A stretch of DNA of 17,000 bases from Takakia lepidozioides (Eukaryota; Plantae; Bryophyta). The stretch spans positions 1 to 17,000 of the forward strand of contig JAKLZA010000052.1 of assembly GCA_030704615.1 (NCBI GenBank), read 5' to 3'. The notes under the pieces are model-generated. The model had not been told where the DNA came from and made no database searches. It was given only the letters and a program-made list of their open reading frames with translations. Position numbers and translations under genes: made by a program. Each line of letters begins with the position of its first letter. The stretch's first letter is position 1. Of the stretch, positions 1 to 9,700 are shown piece by piece.

Positions 1-2198
1 GGCTACGACTTCATCCAAGGCAGCTTCTTTCCTGGTCAAGGCTCGGAGACGGACAGGTGCTTCATATTTAAGATGTCAACGTGCGGACCGGGGAGCGGCG
101 TCGATTTGGTGAAGCGGATGACCAGTGGAGACCCTCTCAAATTGCTTGGGTCATGTTCGACCACATCCGGCGAATTACCAACCACGATTGGGTGACAATG
201 GGGGCACATGTATACGACCCACATTGCAGAAAGTTGATGACCATTGCTATCTGCGAAATGAAGGGAGAAGACACAGATTCGGAGTTGCATATGTGGCGCG
301 GAATTAATGAGCAAATGGCGAGAGCCAAGTTGCCCCCTCCCGATTTTAGGGGCTTCCTGACAATGCCCAGGCGAACTGGGCTGCAGTTAGGAGGGTATAT
401 GGGGACGACCCAAAGACTCCAATGGAAGGGAAGGAGAGATCTTGCGGGTTCCACTTCATGCAGAGTTTGACGCAAAACATGAAAAGGTTCGTGGCGTCAC
501 GCCACCGGCAGGATCATATCAGTATGTGCCTAGCGTGGAAAAATGCGAATTCCATCGACGAGGCGGAGACCGAGTTTGCAACCATACGCGCCTGGTGGGT
601 GTCTTCAGGGGCAGTGGATGTGAAAGATCAGCCAGAACTGCAAACGTGGCTTGCGTGGTGGCACTATAGATTCCGCCAGTTTGGAGACTACATGAGACAG
701 GTAACACATTTCTGTACTTGACAATTGTTCTGTTTTGTGCTTGGACATTCTCCACAATCAGTGACATTCTAATTTCCTTCAACAGGACATGAGCTTGGAG
801 GATGACACGGATATGCCGACGACGAACATGGCCGAATCGGTGCACTCTTCCTGGCGTGCTTCCTCTGCGCACATCTCGTTGACATTTTGACAGCAACAAC
901 AGAAGATATTGTGAGGGCCATCATGCAACAATCTCGTTACTACTACAGTTTCTGGGAGGAAAGCAATGGGGTCAAGACCAGACAGGCAGGAGATGTTGAT
1001 GAGGGCGGCGCATCGTTCGACCGATCCCAAAAAATGACTGCTGCATTGCGGGAAACAATAAGGTCAACGCCGTTACACAGTCGGGGGAACTGCCTGGAGG
1101 GCGATGTCCGCAGCCGGCCGTGAAGAGAAGAATTGAGGACATGCCCGGAGGGGACGGGGATTCATGGAGATCAGATATGAACATCCGCACTCAACCTCGG
1201 GGCGCAACGATGTTGCGTCCCACGCCTCCACGAAGCAGGACTCGTACCCCCTCTCCTGCAGCATCCATGGAATCGCTGCCAGACTCGGGACAACATGCCG
1301 AGGATGGCATGTTGCTCCTGTTTTCGTTACCCAATACAGCATTCCAATCGTGGAGCGAGATGTGTCGGCCTCGCAGTGGAGAATTGCACGGACCCGTCCG
1401 ACATTTCGTGGCAAATGTTGTGCTGTCGTGTCGACACCAACCAGAGATGCAATGAGATGATTCGGAGGAGCCCGCAGGGCGGTGTGCCTGCCCCTTGCTT
1501 CACAGGGAGATTTGTGTGCGCAAAGTTTGTGGAGGCCACACTGAAGGAGTTTTGGTTCTGCAGGCACGACATCATGTCGTGTGTGTTCGGCAAGCCCAAG
1601 TATGGTGTACAAGGCATGCCTGAACCACCGGCAGTCTGGCCTGTGGCAACTGGTACATCTTACCCTGGAGGAGGCAGACGCTCTAGGAAGTGCAGGGTTT
1701 CGACTGGTGGAGAGGACAGACGTTCCACGAAATCCAATTCCCAGTCGTCATCCTCCTCCCACGAGAAGCTCTTCGCCCGCATACGGTGGGTGACCCCGCA
1801 GCTTGGCCCACCCATCGGTGGGGGAAACTGAAAAGACGGCGGCCACCAACAAAGGCGAACGACACCAGGATGGCCAACGCTCTTGCAATGCCCTGCATAG
1901 TTGCAGGGATGTTTCCTCACCCCGGGATGGGCGCATATTTCAGTTGTCAACAGCCGGGTCTGCTGCGCGCAGTGTCGTGTATGCAATCACGGTTTCACAG
2001 TACCCAGCTTGCAACTGTGAGGACTTCCTTGTTATGGAATCGAAGAATGCAGCATACGTCCCCTGCAAACACCTTTATTACATTTTTCTGAAGCGCATGA
2101 GTTGCATATCCGCAGTGGACGTCTTCATCCATGCTCCAACACTGAGTTTCAACGAGCTGCACAAGGCCCTACGGCAGGATACTGGTCGGACTGCTTGA
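1..2198 (+). CDS. Mutator-like (MULE-type) DDE transposase with C-terminal SWIM zinc finger, paralog A (5'-truncated by the window edge, frameshifted, one intron)
   Basis: Stitched reading: GYDFIQGSFFPGQG...FKMS...WVMFDH (D at 159) ...F.DNAQAN (D at 359) ...CGFH (CxxH, 443-454) ...[intron 701-785]... TTNMAESVH (E at 834) ...FWFC... YPACNCEDF..VPCKHLYY (SWIM, 2010-2072), stop at 2196-2198. Colinear with the transposase at 14130-16374. Confidence 0.85.
701..785 (+). other. Phase-0 spliceosomal intron in transposase A
   Basis: CAG|GTAACA ... pyrimidine-rich ... TTTCCTTCAACAG|GACATG. Splicing joins YMRQ to DMSLED, the same position as the intron in transposase B. Confidence 0.85.
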
Positions 2199-2503
2199 CA
2201 TTCCCATTCGGGAAGGAGAAAGTGCAATTATATTACATTCATCTTCTTGCACCCTATTTTTTTGTGAGGAATTATACACTTGTGGTGCCGCATCGCCATG
2301 GCTACAGGTGAATTTCGGTGCCGCAATACATGAGAATGTGGTTTTGGCCATGAATGGCATGCGCATGCTTTTTTTATTTTGGTTGTCTACAAATGGATCC
2401 GAGTAAAGCATACATTGTGTGGAGATTAACGGGCATTGAGGCCTATTTCAGCGCCGTTTATGGTCTGTGTACTGCATAGTGCTTCCTTGTTACTGCTCTT
2501 CAT

Positions 2504-3357
2504 TCAATTTGTAGTGATTTCGCAGCCCATCCTGGCGTTTTCGTCCACCTTTATGAGAAGACTCCAATTTGCTACAAATACATTGTTACTGTTCTGCAAA
2601 TGTGATGCCTTTACAAGATTGCTAGTTCTGTGTCCCAGTGGGAAGGGTCCTACTGCACATTCCAGCATTTGCAATTGCACCTTGTGCAACAGCAATCCAT
2701 ACGACAAAGGACACGTCCCAGCATACTGGCAGTGAATTGCAAAAACCTTAACAGAAGATTATCCAAGCATGTATATTCCCCATATGGCACAGGGAAGCTG
2801 TTGATTTCTGAATGTATGGTGCCATGAGTGTCAGCGAGTCGAACATGTCTACTCTAGCATGCAAGACCTATGGTCCCCTCGCCCAAGAAGAAGGACTCTA
2901 ACTGGCCTCTCAAGGACCTCCTCAGTGACCGGGTGCCTATATTTGAACAAAATGTCAGTGGTTTCTGTCGCCCGGTTGAAACTAACGAGGATGTGTGTTT
3001 TATCGATAGCGCCCCCTTGGTAGAAGGACATTTTCACAGTGGGCCCTGTGTTCCCCCTCCTCCTCCTCCTCTCATAACTGAAGAGAATGTCCCCACTTTC
3101 CGAGCCAGTCCGTCCACGCGTAAGTTTTCACCTATGCACTCATCCTACTCCACCCACTCGCAACAATTCCAGCGATACAGCAACGCTGTGCGTGATCTGT
3201 TCGGCTCCCACACATGCGGAAAGTCCAGGTCCATGATGCGTAGGAACCACCTGCTCCCCAGCCGGGGTCCAGGAGAATCGTGCAATCCCTGGAAGAAACT
3301 CCATTGCTCTCAGATGGCCAAGTCGAGGATCGTCCCTGTAAACATCCAGGAAGACTG
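2504..3357 (-). pseudogene. 3' part of an interrupted gene with a Ulp1/SENP (peptidase C48)-like N-terminal motif; continues from 16791-16900
   Basis: The minus strand reads QSSWMFTGTILDLAI..., then fragments WFLRIMDLDFPHVWE, KTHILVSFNRA, GDHRSC, MFDSL, QYAGTC. It joins in frame to the right-flank segment when 3358-16790 and one CTG are removed. A canonical HW/D/QxxxxDCG triad is not clearly visible, and the 3' end is approximate. Confidence 0.45.
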
Positions 3358-3397
3358 GGGTGCTATTCCGTGAGCCTGGATGCGTGAGCCTTTGAGC
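3358..3397 (+). repeat. Left terminal inverted repeat (imperfect)
   Basis: GCTAttcCGTGAGCCtgGatgCGTGAGCCTttGAGC (3362-3397) aligns without gaps to the reverse complement of 16751-16786 at 26/36 identity. More CGTGA/GCTCAC motifs continue to ~3430. Confidence 0.7.
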
Positions 3398-3449
3398 CCA
3401 CGAAAAGCGTGACCAGCACATGCTCACGCCACGTCAGATGCAAACAGTG

Positions 3450-3526
3450 CCTATTTCCCCGAGGTCACCTATTTCCCGAGGTGGGGTTATGAGAATTGAG
3501 AATTGAGAACAAAGGGTTTAGGGTTT
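3450..3526. repeat. Subterminal short repeats: 2x CCTATTTCCC(C)GAGGT, GAGAATT repeats, and a telomere/telo-box-like AGGGTTTAGGGTTT
   Basis: Seen directly at 3450-3465 and 3468-3482, at 3491-3509, and at 3513-3526. Confidence 0.6.
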
Positions 3527-3732
3527 TTTTGCATGTACTCAAGTCTGTGAGGTCCACAAAACAACAAATATATTGAAGGAACAATCCGGGCAGTCCATGC
3601 AACCCCCATCTCCAACAATAGTTGGAACCATGAATGTGAATTCCATGCACACATTGCAAAGAGGACAATAAGGACACACAAACCATCCCATTTCAAATTT
3701 GTCCCAGAATTAAACCAAAAGAATACTTCATA

Positions 3733-6700
3733 TCAAGTGTCGCAGTCATCACAATCAATGTCCACCTCCTGTGCTATGTCATCTACAAAGATTCTGGCCC
3801 CAACACCACGTGTTCTACGAAGGCCATCGCAAGTGGACTCTGAGTGCCATGAACGGACATGCTTGCTGCGAGTGCCTCCGCATAGACAGGTAGCACACAA
3901 GACCGAGGAGGACTGAAAACAAGTCCAAATAGGTGTGATAGCCCAGGAGGGCAAGTGGAAGCACGCGGACTCCTAACATGTCCACAAATTCCATTTTTAA
4001 CACAATGATGCAATGCACAAGTCCAACGAAGAGGATGTCTCCCATTTGCACTTTGCCTCAAGAACAGCGATTCTCGATAATGAAACAACAATGCAAGCAT
4101 GCACAGGTTCAACTTACTCACAGGCAAGTCGGAGTCCAGCCCTTGTCAGAAGTCTCCTCTGTACCAGTATCAGCGGGACGGGGCTTCGGAAGGACTGAGA
4201 AGTGTGTCCACCCAAACCATCAGGAGGTTCTTGTAAATCTCAGCATCCCCTTCAATCCCAAAGACATGTCGCGCACTGGCCTTGCAAGCGTGGTACGAAG
4301 CACCTGCAGTGGAATAGAATGAAGTAAGCAGACATTGAAGACACATTCGGAACGGTGGGAAAGTGCTGAAAGTGCAAGCTCAATCAAACCTCATGAAATG
4401 TGAATGTTGAAGGACGAACCTGTGCCCATTGACAAATCCAGAACTCTGGCGTCTGTGTAGGTGCAGCACTCCACATCGTTTGAATGAAAGCCGGGCTCCT
4501 CTCCCTCGCCCCTCTCCAAGGAACCCCATTTCCCCTTCGCAAGCACACGTTGCTGTCGACGTAGTTGTGATGCATGTCATCCGTGGGAGGATCTGTCCTG
4601 TCATCTATGAACTTGCCCCCGTGAGTGATGGCAAACTCCGTAATGCCGGCCGGAGTCGTTGGTGGATGCCGGACGAGACAAACAGCTTCAAACAGACGAG
4701 TCTGCGAACATGACATCCAGAAGGAACTAAGAACCAAATAAAATCGGCCCCTACATATGAGTTTGAGCGACCTACACAACACAATCCAGAACAAAAAAGA
4801 AGAGGAAGAAGAAGGGAAACTCACCATCTCTCCCGGACGATCCCCTTCGTAAGGTACATGCTGTTCACACAATTCCATGTCTTCAGGACTCTCATGCCCG
4901 AGGCTTTCAAATAGCTGGCAAGGGCACGGCGACACCGAACATCGATGGACTGGATGAGAACCAAAAACACCTGCATCGGAAAGGAAGAAGTTGCAAAAGG
5001 AAAAACCCACCGCCAGTAGCGCTCATCAAATGCATTCCAACCCGGACAAGCACCCGATGGTGGGATATCCGGGACTGCCAACCATCAGGGATGTCCAGAT
5101 GATGAGTTCCGCTGCATATGGCTTCTCCTTCCCGTTCACCCACGATTTGGTCATTTTAGCCTGCAAACAAAATACAATGGAATTCTGACAAGTTTATAAA
5201 CGATCCATGCCCACAGCAGACAAAGAGAGCAGAAGCCACAGAACCCAAAGAGACACGCACCGTGCTGAGGAACTCGACAATCCTCTCCCACACTGGTGAT
5301 GGCTCGCCCTTGTAATCAGATTTCTTCGACTCCATCATGGCAAGGAACCCGACGTTGGCAATCTCCAACCTGGTTGGCGAATGACCCTCGTGGGATGTTC
5401 CACTGCATGGTACGGTCCTTGGATCAAACCACCCCCTTGTTTTTCTCCCGGATCCCCTACCATGCGGTGGAGTCTGCTGGACATGCTCCACAGGGCCAAT
5501 AGCTGCAACACTTCCCTGCCCTTGTGCCACCTTCCCTCTACCCCTTCCCGTCCCCACAACACCAGCAACATCTTTTCCCTTTGCCTTTCTTCCTCTACCC
5601 GGGGTATCCTGAGCGGGAGGCTCCTTCTCTGCAAGAGTCCTCAGATTACGCTCATGAATGTCGAGGTCCGCTGCTGCGGCAGTGGCTGCAATACGCTCAT
5701 TCTCTCTCCTCAAAGACAAACTCTACAGCTGGGGTCTCTGAAGGAGGGCAATCCAAATACCAACCACAAGAAGAAAGATGGTCCGGACCCCAGTCATGCA
5801 AGATCCCAGCAGTGAACATGGTCTGGTTGCCAGCAGGGACAAGCCAAAGGTCCACGAAATCTGGATGTTTGTCCAAGCAATTCTCTTCCAGGAGAACAAA
5901 CTTAATGTACCTGCACGAACAGACACAGCCTCATTATCCAATGCACATATGTGTCCCAGCTTTTTCACCACACCAGGAAGACCCCCTTAAACAGTATGCC
6001 ACACAAACACATTGCAACCACCAACACAAAGCAAAGAGTGCAAGGGTGTGCACCTGTAAAGGCATCGTTTCCAGGCTTCCTCTCCTTTTTCTGCTGGTCA
6101 AGCTCATTTGTTCGACTGATGCCACCCTCCTTGCTGAACTCTCTAAAGAAACCAGAGTGCCCACACTGTGGCTCTCCATTTCCTCATGTATGCTTCGAAG
6201 GAGACCTTCGGAGCTGTCATAGTGATGCCATAGTCAGCCAGCTGAGTATGCAGAACCGATCGGGCCCTTTCTTCCAACTGCAAAAAAATTGAAATGGAAG
6301 AATGAACCCAAAAACAGTCACAGCGAATGTAAGAGGCAATGGAAGAGAAGGACAGGAAAAGAGAAAAGAAAGTGAGATACGAGAAGGACATCACACCTGG
6401 CTCCAGTAAGTGGGCCTTGTGAAGCCAGTGTCCAGCACATTGTCACTGACAGGAACGACACGCTGGGTCTTCTTCTCCTCTCTGGCCTGGGAACATGTGG
6501 GTATCCCTAACTGTGGGATCGGAGTTCCATATCTGTAGCCACTTCACCTTCTGTTCAGAAGACACGACGGCGGTAGACAACCTGTGCAACTTCTCCTGGG
6601 CCATCTCGGCTTGCCTGGCTTGTTATAATGGTTTTTTATCTCCAGCAGAAACTGCGGCCCGAATGATGGGTCGGCCATTCTCAACTGCTTCACAAAAGCA

Positions 6701-9700
6701 CTCATTATTGTCCTTCTTGTAGCGTTCATCTCCTTCTGGATGTGACTTAAACTCCCTTTGCTGTTCCTCCTCAGGGGTAGAGCTGTAGTATTCCAGTTTG
6801 CCACGCTCCTGCATCTGCAATGTCTTGCTGCAAGGGAATGCAAGAGAGTTGCATCAACCAAGGTCAAGGGAGAACGAGAGAAACAAACATGTGGAAGCAG
6901 GATATGGAAAGGCCAGATGAAGGAAGATGTATCTCACCGTGTAAATGTACTCCATGAAACCTCACGGGCAACGAGTACCATGTTTCCGAAGTCTTGGAGC
7001 TTTCGCATTTCTTATACATCTCTGCCGAAAGGATGGTCTTGAAGTTGGTCAAGGGCATTGCCCGATCCTTTGTATCCTATACAGTGTGTGAACCAGACTC
7101 GTTTTGACATGCGATGTCTCCGTCCCTCTGCAGAATGATATCTGAATTTCAGAATGTAATTCAAGGACTTCAATCAAGGAAGAACGGAACCAGAAGTGCA
7201 ACGTGTACAATGAGAAACCAACCTGTTCACATCATTCATTGCCGTCAGAAGACCCATCATGTTGTCGTCACAATCAAGCACCATCGATCGAACAGAGTAA
7301 TGCCACTCTTCCTCCTGTGAGTGCAGCCTCCCAATGACAGCCATCCATGCAAGCAACCGGTGGTTGCCATCCCAAACGTGAAACATCTTCCCCGAGAATA
7401 CCTGGGTGGAAGGTTTTCTGGAGAGAAGAAGTTCGAAGGATTCGTTCACCTGTCTCCAAATGGGGTCCCAGGAGTCGACGATTGACTCATCAACAAGGAG
7501 CTCGTTACCTCTTGAATCCCTAGTAGAAACGTAAAAGACCGCGGATCCATCCAAATACCCATGAACAAACTCGGCCTCCAGCTTGAGAATGTCTTTGACA
7601 AGGGGTGGACGAACGACGGGCATGGAAACCAACCTACACAGGGGAATCTTCAACCTCCCACCAGGAGCAAGCATACTTTGAACCACAAGCTGAGAGTTCA
7701 CCTTTGACCCCCCAGCATCTCAGCGGCTTTGCTTTCATAAAACTCATCGTCAACATCATCTTTGGTCTCCTTCCCCTGACCCTGAGGGACCTCATCCGCC
7801 ACACTTTGCATTTCCCCTGCAAGGTTGTTCACTCAAATTCTATAAGAGAGGAATGAAACGTCGACCGATGCATGAAAAAGTGGGATAAAAAGGGAAGTGT
7901 TCTTTGAGCTGCCAGATAAGAGTGTTCATTGATCCTCACGGACATGCACTATGTTCCCGATTTACACAGGGAAAGAACATTGAAAAGTTCTGCTCAAATA
8001 TCTGCCCATGAGGGCCGAAAGTTGCGCCCTTCCATATTCATATGTTCTGCCTACACAGTGTGCGGTTCCGCAGACTGTTTGAGCTGACAGTGAAGGGTTC
8101 ATTTTATACTCAAAAATGTGCCCATGAAGTCCAAATTTTGCACCCAGAAACATTGAAATGCTCAGCTCAAACAGTGTGCGTTGCCGCACACTGTCTGGGC
8201 TGGCAGTGAAGGGTTCATTTCACCCTCACACGGGTGCCCATGAAGTCCAAATTTTGCACCCAGAAACATTGAAATGCTCAGCTCAAACAGTGTGCGTTGC
8301 CGCACACTGTCTGAGCTGGCAGTGAAGGGTTCATTTCACACTCACACAGGTGCCCTGAAGTCCAATTTTTGCATCCAGAAACATTGAAATGCTCAGCTCA
8401 AACAGTGTGCGTTGCCGCACACTGTCTGAGCTGGCAGTGAAGGGTTCATTTCACACTCACACAGGTGCCCCTGAAGTCCAATTTTTGCACCCAGAAACAT
8501 TGAAATGTCAGCTCAAACAGTGTGCGTTGCCGCACTGTCTGAGCTGGCAGTGAAGGGTTCATTTCACACTCACACAGGTGCCCCTGAAGTCCAATTTTTG
8601 CACCCAGAAACATTGAAATGCTCAGCTCAAACAGTGTGCGTTGCCGCACACTGTCTGAGCTGGCAGTGAAGGGTTCATTTCACACTCACACAGGTGCCCC
8701 TGAAGTCCAAATTTTGCACCCAGAAACATTGAAATGCTCAGCTCAAACAGTGTGCGTTGCCGCACTGTCTGAGCTGCAGTGTGAAGGGTTCATTTCACAC
8801 TCACACAGGTGCCCCTGAAGTCCAATTTTGCACCCAGAAACATTGAAATGCTCAGCTCAAACAGTGTGCGTTGCCGCACACTGTCTGAGCTGGCAGTGAA
8901 GGGTTCTTTCACACATCACACAGGTGCCCTGAAGTCCAAAATTTCACCAGAAACATTGAAATGCTCAGCTCAAACAGTGTGCGTTGCCGCACACTGTCTG
9001 AGCTGGCAGTGGAGTGGGTTTTTCACACTCACACAGGTGCCCCTGAAGTCCAATTTGCACCCAGAAACATTGAAATGCTCAGCTCAAACAGTGTGCGTTG
9101 CCGCACACTGTCTGAGCTGGCAGTGAAGGGTTCTTTCACACTCACACAGGTGCCCCTGAAGTCCAAATATTTCACCCAGAAACATTGAAATGCTCAGCTC
9201 AAACAGTGTGCGTTGCCGCACACTGTCTGAGCTGGCAGTGAAGGGTTCATTCACACTCACACAGGTGCCCCTGAAGTCCAAATTTTCATCCCACACATTG
9301 AAATGCTCAGCTCAAACAGTGTGCGTTGCGCACACTGTCTGAGCTGGCAGTGAAGGGTTCTTTTCACACTCACACAGGTGCCCCTGAAGTCCAAATATTT
9401 CACCCAGAAACATTGAAATGCTCAGCTCAAACAGTGTGCGTTGCCGCACACTGTCTGAGCTGGCAGTGAAGGGTTCATTTCACACTCACACAGGTGCCCC
9501 TGAAGTCCAAATTTTGCACCCAGAAACATTGAAATGCTCAGCTCAAACAGTGTGCGTTGCCGCACACTGTCTGAGCTGGCAGTGAAGGGTTCATTTCACA
9601 CTCACACAGGTGCCCCTGAAGTCCAAATTTTCACCCAGAAACATTGAAATGCTCAGCTCAAACAGTGTGCGTTGCCGCACACTGTCTGAGCTGGCAGTGA

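Noticed and set aside
3340-3361. Canonical 8-11 bp Mutator target-site duplication
   Set aside because: No such direct repeat is shared with 16787-16810. Only CTG is duplicated.
2870-3373. 167-aa plus-strand ORF with poly-Pro
   Set aside because: It crosses the element boundary, and the minus strand gives the frame that rejoins with the right flank.
5381-6292. Plus-strand ORFs of 113-232 aa
   Set aside because: They are antisense to predicted exons and introns of the ParB-MTase gene, with no recognisable motifs.
4170-7817. Bacterial contamination or a prophage parB/methylase operon
   Set aside because: The coding sequence is split by multiple GT-AG introns with polypyrimidine tracts, one of them within MTase motif I.
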